Assembly: GCA_944382785.1 (NCBI GenBank)
Contig: CALWNO010000008.1
Location: forward strand, 851 to 64,850
From: an uncultured Gemmiger sp.
GTDB lineage: Bacteria > Bacillota > Clostridia > Oscillospirales > Ruminococcaceae
DNA: 64,000 nucleotides
Direction: 5' to 3'
This document shows, piece after piece, positions 41,507-51,608 of this stretch. Position 1 is the stretch's first letter. Every line of letters begins with the position of its first letter. A program made the position numbers and the translations under genes. Below the pieces are notes generated by a model. That model did not search any database and had not been told where the DNA came from. It was given only the letters and a program-made list of their open reading frames with translations.

Positions 41507-44032
41507 ATGGAAATGCAGGGGATCAAAAAACATGACAGAACCCTATGGCTGTATGTTGCGCTTATCGTGGCGTTTTTTGCGGTCATGTCCCTGGGAATCT
41601 ATATGGTGCGGGACAAATTGCTGTACAACGCCAACGAGATGGGCAACAATCTGGCCCAGAGTTATTCCAGAGAGGAAGAAACGCGGATCTCTATTTATGA
41701 GATGCTGCTGAATATGTGCTCGCTGTACATGGATACCGCCATCGACCACGAAGATCCGGCGCAGGCCATGCAGCAGAACCTTGCAGAGTATACCGACTAT
41801 ATGTCCCAGGTGCTGGGAGCGGAGATTATCGACCCTTATGCCGTTGTGGACGGAAAAATCATGGCGGCTCATCCCTGGGAAGGGGATGAAGGCTATGACT
41901 ACAGTCAGAAAGAGTGGTACACAAACGCTCTGGCCGCGGACGGAAAAATCGTCTTCACAGATGTTTACACAGATGCCATTACCGGTAAAAATCTGGTCAC
42001 TCTGTCCGTAAAATTGCGGGGAGAGGGCAATGTTCTGGCCTTTGATATCCTGATGGACAATTTTCATGTTCTGAAGAACAAGGTAGAACTGCCGGAAGGC
42101 AGCGCCTATTATCTGTTTGACCGCAGCGGACATCTGATCTATCTTACCGGTGACCTTGACATTCAGGATGAAGAGGTTCAAGTGTATGCCCAGCAGCTTC
42201 TGGCCGGTGTGCGGGACGGTTCCTTTGAAAGTCATACCGCTGCCATCCGCGGTCTGGGCGGACAGAAACAGGGAATCTATTATTATGAGATGAGCAACGG
42301 CTGGACCTCCATCGTTACCTTTTCGATGCATCAGATTCTGTACGGCACCACCAGCACATCCATGTATCTGCTGTCCGGTATTTTCTTGTTTTTGCTGGTG
42401 GCGGTCATTGTGTCTATTGTGCGGGAATACACCGAAAAGCGCAAGATCAAATATATCTCGGATACCCTGCAGATCCTGGGCGATACCTATTACGCCATCT
42501 ATCGCATCAACTTTGAGACCGGTCACTATGAGACAATCAAGTCCGCGCCGGACCTGGCGGACCCGTTGGGGCAAAGGGGAGAGTACGATCATCTGCTGCA
42601 TACCTTGTCCCTGGTGGTGGAGGACAACACCTACGAGGAATTCAAGAAAAACTTTACGCTGGAAAATATCCGGCAGCTGATCCATTCCCAGATCTATGAA
42701 TTCGGCGGTGATTATCAGCGCCGGTTCCTGCAGGAACGCAAGTGGGTCAGCATCAAGATCGTATACAACAAGGGCCTGGGGCTGAACGAAGTCATCATGT
42801 GCTTCCGGGAAATTGATGTCAAAAAGAAGAAGGAACTTCGTCAGCGGGAACTGCTGGAACAGGCGTTGAAAAATGCCAAGCGGGCCGCCAGCAAAAAGAC
42901 GATGTTCTTCTCCAACATGTCCCACGATATGCGCACGCCCCTGAATGCCATTTCCGGCATGACCAAACTGGCACGCCAGCACGTAGAGGACCCTGCCAAA
43001 GTGCAGGGATATCTGGATAAAATTGATGTTTCCAGCCGCCAGCTGACCGCCCTGGTCAATGACATTCTCGATATGGCACGGCTGGAGCAGGGAGGCCAGA
43101 GCACGCTGAGTTGCCAGCCTATGGACCTGGTACAGTGTGTGCAGGAAACATCCGACCTTTTCCGGGAGCAGGCCAAACAGGAAAAACGTCGTTATGAGGT
43201 TTGCCTGGATGTGCAGGATCGCATGGTAAACGCAGATGCTTTCCGTATCAACCAGGTGCTGAACAACCTGCTCTCCAACGCATTCAAGTACAGCCGGGAG
43301 GGAGATAAGATCCGGCTGGAACTGTGTCAGGCAGCCCGGCGGGAAAGCCGGGGCCAGTATCAGATCATTGTGGAGGATACCGGCGTGGGCATGTCGGAAA
43401 GCTTCCTGGAGCATCTGTTCGAACCCTTTGCCCGGGAAACAGTTTTTGCTCCCACCAAAGTCACCGGTACCGGTCTGGGCATGCCCATCGTCAAAGGACT
43501 TGTACAGCAGATGAGCGGCGAAATCACGGTCCAGAGTAAGTTGGGGGAAGGCTCCCGCTTTGTGATATCCCTGCCGCTGCAGATTGTGGAAGCCCCCGTG
43601 CCGGAGGAGCCTTCCATGGCGGATGTGGAGCCCTTTACCCTGGAAGGCAAACGGATGATCGTGGCGGAAGACAACGAACTGAATATGGAGATCACCACCG
43701 AATTTCTTTCCATGATGGGGGTGGATGTACTGCAGGCCTGGAATGGCCGCGAGGCCGTAGAGCGCTTTGCCCAGGAGGAAGAGGGAAGTGTGGACGCCAT
43801 CCTGATGGACATGCAGATGCCCGAGATGGACGGCTGTACTGCCTGCCGCAAGATCCGTGCCATGGAGCGGTCCGATGCCGCCACGGTCCCCATCATTGCG
43901 GTGACTGCCAACGCCTTTGCCGAGGACATTGCCAAGACTACCGAAGCGGGTATGAATGCCCATATTTCCAAACCTATCGACTTCAAACAGCTGTCTGATC
44001 TGCTCCACAAACTGGCAAAACAAGACGGCTGA
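41507..44032 (+). CDS. Hybrid sensor histidine kinase/response regulator
   Basis: Two TM segments flanking a Cache-like domain; FFSNMSHDMRTPLNAI, NLLSNAFKY, DTGVGM, GTGLGM; receiver AEDN...LMDMQMPEMDG...KP. Confidence 0.95.
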   Translation: MEMQGIKKHDRTLWLYVALIVAFFAVMSLGIYMVRDKLLYNANEMGNNLAQSYSREEETRISIYEMLLNMCSLYMDTAIDHEDPAQAMQQNLAEYTDYMSQVLGAEIIDPYAVVDGKIMAAHPWEGDEGYDYSQKEWYTNALAADGKIVFTDVYTDAITGKNLVTLSVKLRGEGNVLAFDILMDNFHVLKNKVELPEGSAYYLFDRSGHLIYLTGDLDIQDEEVQVYAQQLLAGVRDGSFESHTAAIRGLGGQKQGIYYYEMSNGWTSIVTFSMHQILYGTTSTSMYLLSGIFLFLLVAVIVSIVREYTEKRKIKYISDTLQILGDTYYAIYRINFETGHYETIKSAPDLADPLGQRGEYDHLLHTLSLVVEDNTYEEFKKNFTLENIRQLIHSQIYEFGGDYQRRFLQERKWVSIKIVYNKGLGLNEVIMCFREIDVKKKKELRQRELLEQALKNAKRAASKKTMFFSNMSHDMRTPLNAISGMTKLARQHVEDPAKVQGYLDKIDVSSRQLTALVNDILDMARLEQGGQSTLSCQPMDLVQCVQETSDLFREQAKQEKRRYEVCLDVQDRMVNADAFRINQVLNNLLSNAFKYSREGDKIRLELCQAARRESRGQYQIIVEDTGVGMSESFLEHLFEPFARETVFAPTKVTGTGLGMPIVKGLVQQMSGEITVQSKLGEGSRFVISLPLQIVEAPVPEEPSMADVEPFTLEGKRMIVAEDNELNMEITTEFLSMMGVDVLQAWNGREAVERFAQEEEGSVDAILMDMQMPEMDGCTACRKIRAMERSDAATVPIIAVTANAFAEDIAKTTEAGMNAHISKPIDFKQLSDLLHKLAKQDG

Positions 44033-44058
44033 CCGTTTACAGGAGAAACAAAAACTTC

Positions 44059-45255
44059 ATGCAATACCGCAAGGATAAAACCGGATTTCCCGTTTCCATT
44101 CTAGGCTATGGCTGTATGCGCTTTACCAAAAAAGGCACCGGCATAGACCTGGACAAGGCAGAACAGGAAATCCTGCACGCCATTGAGCAGGGCGTCAACT
44201 ATTTTGATACAGCCTATATCTATCCGGGCAGTGAAGCGGCCCTGGGAGAAATACTGGACCGCAACCATTGCCGGGATAAGGTCCGCATTGCCAGCAAACT
44301 GCCCCAGTACCTGGTGCGAAGCGGCGCCGATCTGGAACGCTATTTTTCAGAACAGCTCCGCCGGCTGAAAACCGACCATATCGACTATTACCTGATGCAC
44401 ATGCTCACCGACGTGGAGAGCTGGCACAAGCTGGAAAAAGCCGGCGTCCGGGAATGGTTGGAAAAGAAGAAACGCTCAGGGCAGATCGGGCAGGTGGGGT
44501 TTTCTTTCCATGGAAACACTGCCATGTTTCTGAAACTGCTGGATGTGTACGACTGGGATTTCTGCCAGATTCAGTATAATTATCTGGATGAGAACAGCCA
44601 GGCAGGAAGGGCTGGACTGCAGGCGGCCGCCGCCAAGGGGTTGCCGGTGATCATTATGGAACCGCTGCGGGGCGGCAAACTGGTGAATCTCTTGCCGGAG
44701 CAGGCCCGCAACCGTTTTGCGCAGGACAAAAATGGCTGGACCCCCGCCGAATGGGCCCTGCGCTGGTTATGGGATCAGCCGGAAGTGACCTGCGTGCTTT
44801 CCGGTATGAACAGCCTGGAAATGCTGGACGAAAACTGCCGCATTGCCTCGGATGTGCAGGCAGGGGCTTTTACCGCCCATGAATTTGAGGTGCTGCATGC
44901 CGTCAAGGCGGACATTGAGGCGAAGGTCAAGGCCCCCTGTACCGGCTGCGGCTACTGCATGCCCTGCCCCAAGGAGGTGGATATCCCCGGTGCCTTCCGC
45001 TGCTACAACGCCATGTACACCGAGAATGCCTGGACCGGACGCCGGGAATACTGGCAGGTGGTATCTCTGCGCCGGGAACCGGCCTTTGCCACCCAGTGTG
45101 TGGAGTGCGGGGCCTGCGAACAGCATTGCCCCCAGCATCTGCCTATCCGCAGCCTTCTCAAGCAGGCGGACAGGGAACTGCGCCCCTGGCCCTACCGTGT
45201 GGCCTCCTGGGTGGCGCGAAAATATCTGTTCGGAACATTCAGCAAAACGAAATAA
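44059..45255 (+). CDS. Aldo/keto reductase with a C-terminal 4Fe-4S dicluster
   Basis: LGYGCMR, YFDTAYIY, TDHIDYYLMH, MEPLRGG; CTGCGYCMPCP and CVECGACEQHCP. Confidence 0.92.
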   Translation: MQYRKDKTGFPVSILGYGCMRFTKKGTGIDLDKAEQEILHAIEQGVNYFDTAYIYPGSEAALGEILDRNHCRDKVRIASKLPQYLVRSGADLERYFSEQLRRLKTDHIDYYLMHMLTDVESWHKLEKAGVREWLEKKKRSGQIGQVGFSFHGNTAMFLKLLDVYDWDFCQIQYNYLDENSQAGRAGLQAAAAKGLPVIIMEPLRGGKLVNLLPEQARNRFAQDKNGWTPAEWALRWLWDQPEVTCVLSGMNSLEMLDENCRIASDVQAGAFTAHEFEVLHAVKADIEAKVKAPCTGCGYCMPCPKEVDIPGAFRCYNAMYTENAWTGRREYWQVVSLRREPAFATQCVECGACEQHCPQHLPIRSLLKQADRELRPWPYRVASWVARKYLFGTFSKTK

Positions 45256-45266
45256 CCGTTACTTGC

Positions 45267-45294
45267 TTGACAAGTATAAAATCCATGATAAAAT
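45267..45294 (+). promoter_or_regulatory. Sigma-A promoter upstream of the polyamine operon leader
   Basis: TTGACA-16-TAAAAT with an extended TG. Confidence 0.75.
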
Positions 45295-45297
45295 AAT

Positions 45298-45660
45298 GGC
45301 AGTGTGTGTGGTACGTTGCTACCACCATGCAAATAGATTTGGCCGGGCGCACTCCATCGCGCCTAAAGCTCATCGGACAGGGCTGGCCGCTGCCGCGTGT
45401 GATGTAAAGGCATCACAACATTATTGAACGGGCTGTATGCCCGGAAATTTTATAAGTTGGTCATATTGAATAACCCCCGTGCGGATGCACACCACTTGTG
45501 AAACGTCAATAAGAGTAGCAGGAAAGCCAGACCTATTTGCTGGAAAACTCTAAGTACGGATCAAACAACATGTTTATGCCTGTTCCCGCAGTGCGGGGCA
45601 GTCATGATTTTGCGTTGTTCTTCACAGGCAGTGTGCCCCAAACGGCACACTGCCTTTTTT
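45298..45660 (+). ncRNA. Candidate structured leader RNA (attenuator/riboswitch-like), family unknown
   Basis: Several short perfect stems; 5' end complementary to the terminator 3' arm; no match that I can recognise to T-box, SAM-I, lysine, TPP, tmRNA, RNase P or SRP motifs. Confidence 0.55.
45626..45660 (+). terminator. Intrinsic terminator 35 nt upstream of the decarboxylase start codon
   Basis: AGGCAGTGTGCC-ccaaac-GGCACACTGCCT perfect 12-bp stem plus T run. Confidence 0.85.
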
Positions 45661-45695
45661 GTGTGCCTGCTGCTGGGGGATGACAGGAAAGAGGG

Positions 45696-47156
45696 ATGGT
45701 CTTGGACCGGGAACGTCAAAAGAAAGCGCCGATCTATGCGGCGCTGGAAAAATTCCGCCGTCAGCGGGTGGTCCCCTTCGATGTGCCGGGACACAAACGG
45801 GGCCGGGGAAACCCGGAACTGGTGGAACTGCTGGGAGAGCGCTGTGTCGGCATTGATGTCAATTCCATGAAACCGCTGGATAACCTGTGCCACCCGGTTT
45901 CGGTTATCAAGGAAGCGGAAGAACTGGCCGCCGATGCCTTCGGTGCAGCCCACGCCTTCCTCATGGTGGGCGGAACGACCAGCAGCGTGCAGAGCATGGT
46001 GCTCAGTGCCTGCAAACCCGGGGACAAGATTATCCTGCCACGCAATGTGCACAAGAGCGCCATCAATGCGCTTGTTTTGTGCGGCGCGGTGCCGGTATAT
46101 ATCGATCCCAAGGTGGATAAACAGCTGGGGATTCCCCTGGGCATGGAAGTGGCGGACGTGCGTGCCGCCATTGAGGCCAATCCGGATGCAAAGGCCATCT
46201 TCATCAACAACCCCACCTATTACGGCATCTGTTCGGATCTGCGCTCTCTGGTCAAATTGGCCCACGAGCACGGTATGCTGGCGCTGGTGGATGAGGCACA
46301 CGGAACCCATCTGTATTTCGGTCCGGCCCTTCCCATCAGCGGCATGGCAGCCGGCGCGGATATGGCCGCCGTCTCCATGCACAAATCCGGCGGCAGCCTG
46401 ACCCAGAGCTCCATGCTGCTGTGTGGGCCTGGCGTCAATGCGGGTTATGTGGGCAATATCATCAATCTGACCCAGACCACCAGTGCCTCTTATCTCCTGA
46501 TGTCCAGCCTGGATATCAGCCGCCGGAATCTGGCCATGCGCGGAGCTGAAAGCTTTGCCAAGGTGGAAGATATGGCGGAATATGCCCGCCGGGAGATCAA
46601 TGAGATTGGCGGGTACTATGCCTACGGGTCAGAACTTATCAACGGCGGCAGCATCTATGATTTCGATGTGACCAAACTGGCGGTGAATACCCGTGGGATC
46701 GGGCTGACCGGCATTGAGGTCTATGATCTGCTGCGGGATGAATACGACATTCAGGTGGAGTTCGGCGACCTTTCCAATATGCTGGCGTACATCTCCATCG
46801 GCGACCGTATCCAGGATATCGAGCGCCTGGTGGGGGCTTTGGCAGATATCCGCCGCCTGTATGCCAAACCAAAGAGCGATATGTTCACGGCGGAATACAT
46901 CACCCCCAATGTGGCGGCTACGCCCCAGCAGGCGTTTTATTCCGAAAAAGAGAGCCTGCCTCTGCGTCAGACGGCCGGGCGCATCTGCAGTGAATTTGTC
47001 ATGTGTTACCCGCCGGGAATCCCCATTCTGGCTCCCGGCGAAGTCATCACCCAGGAGATCATTGATTACATCGAGTTTGCCAAGGCCAAGGGCTGCTCGA
47101 TGCAGGGACCTCAGAGTGAAGATATTTCGGAACTGAACGTGTTGAAGGAGGGATAA
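45696..47156 (+). CDS. speA: Fold-type I Orn/Lys/Arg decarboxylase, probably arginine decarboxylase
   Basis: FDVPGHKRG, GGTTSS, PRNVHKS, VDEAHG, SMHKSGGSLTQ (PLP lysine), YPPGIP; substrate inferred from agmatine genes in the same operon. Confidence 0.85.
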   Translation: MVLDRERQKKAPIYAALEKFRRQRVVPFDVPGHKRGRGNPELVELLGERCVGIDVNSMKPLDNLCHPVSVIKEAEELAADAFGAAHAFLMVGGTTSSVQSMVLSACKPGDKIILPRNVHKSAINALVLCGAVPVYIDPKVDKQLGIPLGMEVADVRAAIEANPDAKAIFINNPTYYGICSDLRSLVKLAHEHGMLALVDEAHGTHLYFGPALPISGMAAGADMAAVSMHKSGGSLTQSSMLLCGPGVNAGYVGNIINLTQTTSASYLLMSSLDISRRNLAMRGAESFAKVEDMAEYARREINEIGGYYAYGSELINGGSIYDFDVTKLAVNTRGIGLTGIEVYDLLRDEYDIQVEFGDLSNMLAYISIGDRIQDIERLVGALADIRRLYAKPKSDMFTAEYITPNVAATPQQAFYSEKESLPLRQTAGRICSEFVMCYPPGIPILAPGEVITQEIIDYIEFAKAKGCSMQGPQSEDISELNVLKEG

Positions 47157-47158
47157 CC

Positions 47159-48022
47159 GTGCAGGAAATGGATTACTGGTTCGGCGAACTGCACACCGCC
47201 AACGTCAAGACCTGTATCCGGGTGGAGCGACAGCTGTACAGCGGCACCAGCGACTTTCAGCGCATCGACGTTTTTGACTCCCCGGAATTCGGACGGTTCC
47301 TGACCTCGGACGGCAGTGTGATCTTCTCGGAAAAAGATGAATTCACCTACGACGAGATGATCGTGCACGTGCCCATGGCGGTGCATCCGGATGTGAAACG
47401 GGTATTGGTCATCGGCGGCGGTGACGGCGGTGTGGCCCGGGAATTGTCCCACTACCAGGAGATTGAAGTCATCGATGTGGTGGAACCGGACAAGATGTTT
47501 GTGGATGTCTGCCGCAAGTTTTTCCCGGACAACTCCTGCGGCCTGGACGACATCCGGGTGCGGGTCTACTACGAGGATGGTCTGCGGTTTCTGCGCGGCC
47601 GGGATGATGAGTATGATCTGATCATCAACGACTGCACCGATCCCCTGGGCCATGCGGCCGGGCTGTTCACCAAGGAATTCTACGGCAGCTGCTACAAGGC
47701 GCTGCATGAGGATGGCATCATGGTGTACCAGCACGGCAGTCCTTTCTTTGATGAGGATGAGGAGAGCTGCCGCGCTATGCACAAGCGGGCGTACCGCTCT
47801 TTCCCCATCAGCCGGGTGTATCAGGCGCATATCCCTACCTGCCCGGCCGGGTACTGGCTGTTCGGCTTTGCCAGCAAAAAATATCACCCCTTGAAAGACT
47901 TTGACCCCAAACGCTGGAACAAGCGGGGGATCAAAACCTGGTATTATACCACCCATCTGCATCGCGGTGCCTTCATGCTTCCCCGCTATGTGGAGGAACT
48001 GCTGCAGGAAGAAGAAGACTGA
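47159..48022 (+). CDS. speE: Polyamine aminopropyltransferase (spermidine synthase family)
   Basis: FQRIDVF, SEKDEFTYDEM, VLVIGGGDGG, INDCTDP; GTG start after AAGGAGG. Confidence 0.9.
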   Translation: MQEMDYWFGELHTANVKTCIRVERQLYSGTSDFQRIDVFDSPEFGRFLTSDGSVIFSEKDEFTYDEMIVHVPMAVHPDVKRVLVIGGGDGGVARELSHYQEIEVIDVVEPDKMFVDVCRKFFPDNSCGLDDIRVRVYYEDGLRFLRGRDDEYDLIINDCTDPLGHAAGLFTKEFYGSCYKALHEDGIMVYQHGSPFFDEDEESCRAMHKRAYRSFPISRVYQAHIPTCPAGYWLFGFASKKYHPLKDFDPKRWNKRGIKTWYYTTHLHRGAFMLPRYVEELLQEEED

Positions 48023-48066
48023 ACCCCAATATCACTACATCAGGAACCAGAAAAGGAGAAACTGTC

Positions 48067-49329
48067 ATGACCAAACTGCTTGTTATCGGCTGCGGCGGCG
48101 TTGCCAGCGTGGCCATCCAGAAGTGCTGCCAGAACCACGAGACTTTCGGCGAACTGTGCATTGCCAGCCGTACTGTTTCCAAGTGCGACGCCCTGAAGGC
48201 CAAGCTGGAAGCTGCCGGCACCCCCGTCAAGATCACCACGGCCACCGTCAACGCGGACGATGTGGAGGACGTGAAGCGGGTCATCAAGGCTTATGGCCCC
48301 GATCTGGTCCTGAATGTGGCGCTGCCCTACCAGGACTTGACCATCATGGATGCCTGCCTGGCCTGCGGCGTGCACTATGTGGATACCGCCAACTATGAAC
48401 CTGAAAACACCGACGATCCCACCTGGCGTGCCATCTATGAGAAGCGCTGCAAGGAGGAAGGCTTCACCGCTTACTTCGATTACAGCTGGCAGTGGGCCTA
48501 TGCCAAGAAGTTTGAGGACGCCGGCCTGACCGCTATCCTGGGCTCCGGCTTTGACCCGGGTGTGACCAGTGTGTTCACTGCCTACGCTCTGAAGCACTAT
48601 TTTGACGAGATCCACACCATCGATATTCTGGACTGCAACGGCGGTGACCACGGCTATGCCTTTGCCACCAACTTCAACCCCGAGATCAATTTGCGGGAAG
48701 TGTCCGCCAACGGCAGCTACTGGGAAGACGGCCACTGGGTGGAGACCAAGCCCATGGAGATCAAGCGGGAATACGACTTCCCCCAGGTGGGCAAAAAGGA
48801 TATGTATCTGCTCCACCATGAGGAGATCGAGAGCCTGGCCAAGAACGTGCCCGGCGTCAAGCGCATCCGCTTCTTCATGACCTTCGGCCAGAGCTACCTG
48901 ACTCACATGAAGTGTCTGGAAGATGTGGGTATGCTTTCCACCAGCCCCATCAACTTTGAGGGCCATGAGATCGTACCCATCCAGTTCCTGAAAGCACTGC
49001 TGCCCGACCCGGCCTCTCTGGGTCCCCGCACGGTGGGCAAGACCAACATCGGCTGCATCTACACCGGCGTGAAGGACGGCAAGGAGCGCACCATCTACAT
49101 TTATAACGTCTGCGACCATCAGGAATGCTATAAGGAACTGGGTAGCCAGGCTATCAGCTACACCACCGGTGTGCCCGCCATGATCGGTACCGCTCTGGTG
49201 GCCAACGGCCAGTGGCGCAAGCCCGGCGTGTTCAATCTGGAAGAGATGGACCCGGACCCGTTCATGGAAATGCTGAACCAGTATGGCCTGCCCTGGGTGG
49301 TTGACGAAGCCCCCGCCACGGTGGAATGA
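48067..49329 (+). CDS. Carboxyspermidine dehydrogenase (saccharopine dehydrogenase family)
   Basis: IGCGGVA, VLNVALPYQDLTIMDAC, YVDTANYE, GSGFDPG, FATNFNPEINLRE, SQAISYTTGVPA; adjacent to nspC. Confidence 0.9.
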   Translation: MTKLLVIGCGGVASVAIQKCCQNHETFGELCIASRTVSKCDALKAKLEAAGTPVKITTATVNADDVEDVKRVIKAYGPDLVLNVALPYQDLTIMDACLACGVHYVDTANYEPENTDDPTWRAIYEKRCKEEGFTAYFDYSWQWAYAKKFEDAGLTAILGSGFDPGVTSVFTAYALKHYFDEIHTIDILDCNGGDHGYAFATNFNPEINLREVSANGSYWEDGHWVETKPMEIKREYDFPQVGKKDMYLLHHEEIESLAKNVPGVKRIRFFMTFGQSYLTHMKCLEDVGMLSTSPINFEGHEIVPIQFLKALLPDPASLGPRTVGKTNIGCIYTGVKDGKERTIYIYNVCDHQECYKELGSQAISYTTGVPAMIGTALVANGQWRKPGVFNLEEMDPDPFMEMLNQYGLPWVVDEAPATVE

Positions 49330-50477
49330 TGGCGCGGCTGACAAACACGGAACCGGAACTGCGTACCCCGGTCTATGTGGTGGATGAAGAGGCTCTGGTA
49401 CAGAATCTGACCATCCTGCAGGGGGTACAGCGGCGCACCGGCTGCCATATTCTGCTGGCACAAAAAGCCTTTTCCATGTTTCGGGTCTACCCGCTCATCG
49501 GGCAATATCTGTCTGGGGCCACCGCCAGCGGTTTGTATGAGGCACGTCTGGCCCACGAGGAGATGCCCGGCAGGGAGAACCATGTATTCTGCCCAGCGTA
49601 TACTCCGGAGGAAATGGAGCAGCTGGTCAAAATCTGCGACCACATCAGTTTCAACTCACTGGCCCAGCTGGAAGCCCACCGTGCCCTTTGGCAGGGGAGC
49701 GGCGCAAGTGTGGGACTGCGGGTCAATCCCGAACACTCCACCCAGGAAGGTCATGCCATCTATGACCCCTGCGCGCCCGGCAGCCGCCTGGGTATCCGCC
49801 GCTGCGACCTGCCGGAAAAACTGCCCGCGGGGGTAGAGGGTCTGCACTTTCACACTCTCTGCGAGCAGGATGCCGCCCCACTGGTGGAAACCTTCCGGGC
49901 ATTTGAAGAAAGCTTCGGCAGTTATTTGCCCGGTCTGAAATGGCTGAATCTCGGGGGCGGTCACCATATCACCCGCCCGGGATATGATCGGAAAGCCCTG
50001 GAAGACCTGATCCTGTACATCCGGAAAAAGTACGGCCTGGAGGTCTATCTGGAACCCGGCGAAGCTATTGCTCTGAATGCGGGTTCCCTGATTACCACCG
50101 TACTGGATGTGGTACAGGCCAGCGACATGCCGGTGCTGATTCTGGATACCTCGGCGGCCTGCCATATGCCGGATGTGTTGGAAATGCCCTACCGTCCGCC
50201 GCTGTTCGGCGCGGGGGAAGCAGGGGAGAAGCCCTGTACCTGCCGTCTGGCCTCGCGGACCTGCCTGGCCGGGGATGTGATCGGCGAATACAGCTTTGAT
50301 CGCCAGCCCTGGGTGGGGGACCGGCTGGTATTCGGGGATATGGCCATCTATTCCATGGTCAAAAATAACACCTTCAACGGGATGCCGCTGCCGGACATTG
50401 CCCTGCGCCATACCGACGGCAGCTGCGAGGTTGTCCGACGGTTTGGCTATGAAGATTTCAAGATGCGTCTGTCCTGA
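49326..50477 (+). CDS. nspC: Carboxynorspermidine/carboxyspermidine decarboxylase
   Basis: TPVYVVDE, LLAQKAFS, YDPCAPGSRLG, GLHFHTLCEQ, LNLGGGH, EPGEA, HMPDVLEMPY, YSMVKNNTFNG. Confidence 0.93.
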   Translation: MMARLTNTEPELRTPVYVVDEEALVQNLTILQGVQRRTGCHILLAQKAFSMFRVYPLIGQYLSGATASGLYEARLAHEEMPGRENHVFCPAYTPEEMEQLVKICDHISFNSLAQLEAHRALWQGSGASVGLRVNPEHSTQEGHAIYDPCAPGSRLGIRRCDLPEKLPAGVEGLHFHTLCEQDAAPLVETFRAFEESFGSYLPGLKWLNLGGGHHITRPGYDRKALEDLILYIRKKYGLEVYLEPGEAIALNAGSLITTVLDVVQASDMPVLILDTSAACHMPDVLEMPYRPPLFGAGEAGEKPCTCRLASRTCLAGDVIGEYSFDRQPWVGDRLVFGDMAIYSMVKNNTFNGMPLPDIALRHTDGSCEVVRRFGYEDFKMRLS

Positions 50478-50506
50478 ACCGATACCAAGAAAAATGAGGT
50501 TTGTCC

Positions 50507-51589
50507 ATGTCTGATTACCGTATGCCGGCTGAATATGCCCCTCACCGCGGTACCCTGATGATCTGGCCGGTCCGCCCCGGCAGCTGGGGCAAAGACCCTT
50601 CGGCGGCTCAGGCTGCCTTTGTGCGGGTGTTTGAGGCTATTGCCGAAAGTGAAGAACTCTATCTTTTGGCAGGGCCGGAACATCTGAAAGAGGCCCGGGC
50701 TGCGGTGGCCCATATCCCGCACACCACTGTGCTCTGCATTGACAGTGATGATGCCTGGGCCCGGGATGTGGGGCCGACCTTCGTGCGCAATGCACAAGGG
50801 AATATCAAGGGGATCAGCTGGAGCTTCAACGCCTGGGGCGGCACGGTGGATGGGTTGTATGCCGACTGGGATAAGGACGACCAGGTAGCATCGGCTTTCT
50901 GCAACGCACTGGGGCTACCCTGTGAGGACGCCGCTCCTTTCGTACTGGAAGGGGGCAGCATACACACAGACGGAGAAGGCACGGCCCTGGTGACAGAAAG
51001 TTGCCTTCTATCTGCCGGTCGTAATCCACACATGACCCGGGAGGAAATTGAAGCGGAATTGTGCCGCCGCCTGGGTGTACAAAAGGTGCTGTGGCTGCCC
51101 CGTGGCATCTATAACGACGAAACCAATGAGCATGTGGACAACGTATGTGCCTTTGTAGGGCCTGCACAGGTGGTTCTGGCCTGGACGGACAATGAGCAAG
51201 ACCCTCAATATGCGTTGTCGGCGGCGGATCTTGCTTACCTGGAAAATGTCACCGACGCCAAAGGCCGTCCAATCACTGTCCATAAGCTGCCCATCCCGGA
51301 TCATCCCATCCTGTGCAGCGAGGAGGACTGCGCTGCTTATGAATTTGCCCCCGGGGAGGATGTCCGCACCCCCGGTGAGCGTCTGGCGGCCAGTTACGTC
51401 AATTTTTATTTTACCAATGGGGCTGTTCTGGTGCCGCAGTTCGGCGCAGAGAACGCTGCCAGCGATGTCCGCGCCGTGCGGATTTTGCAAGCTCTTTGCC
51501 CGGACCGTCGGGTCATCGGGCTGCCTGCCCGGGAGATCCTGCAGGGGGGCGGCAACATTCACTGCATCACCCAGCAGATTCCCCGGTAA
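50507..51589 (+). CDS. aguA: Agmatine deiminase
   Basis: [55 protein letters not shown]. Confidence 0.96.
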   Translation: MSDYRMPAEYAPHRGTLMIWPVRPGSWGKDPSAAQAAFVRVFEAIAESEELYLLAGPEHLKEARAAVAHIPHTTVLCIDSDDAWARDVGPTFVRNAQGNIKGISWSFNAWGGTVDGLYADWDKDDQVASAFCNALGLPCEDAAPFVLEGGSIHTDGEGTALVTESCLLSAGRNPHMTREEIEAELCRRLGVQKVLWLPRGIYNDETNEHVDNVCAFVGPAQVVLAWTDNEQDPQYALSAADLAYLENVTDAKGRPITVHKLPIPDHPILCSEEDCAAYEFAPGEDVRTPGERLAASYVNFYFTNGAVLVPQFGAENAASDVRAVRILQALCPDRRVIGLPAREILQGGGNIHCITQQIPR

Positions 51590-51608
51590 CGCATAAAGGA
51601 GGAAGACT

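Noticed and set aside
45298-45660. tmRNA, RNase P, SRP, T-box or SAM-I identity for the leader (ACCACCA at 45321-45327, GATGTAAAGG, CAGGAAAGCC)
   Set aside because: No T-arm or GGGG acceptor start, no tag peptide, no RNase P CR-V, no SRP domain IV, no GGTGG(A/T)ACC antiterminator and no SAM-I core; only chance fragments
45438-45683. Other short ORFs in the leader (MPGNFISWSY, MHTTCETS..., MFMPVPAVRG...)
   Set aside because: No SD, and one runs through the terminator; likely by-products of a structured RNA
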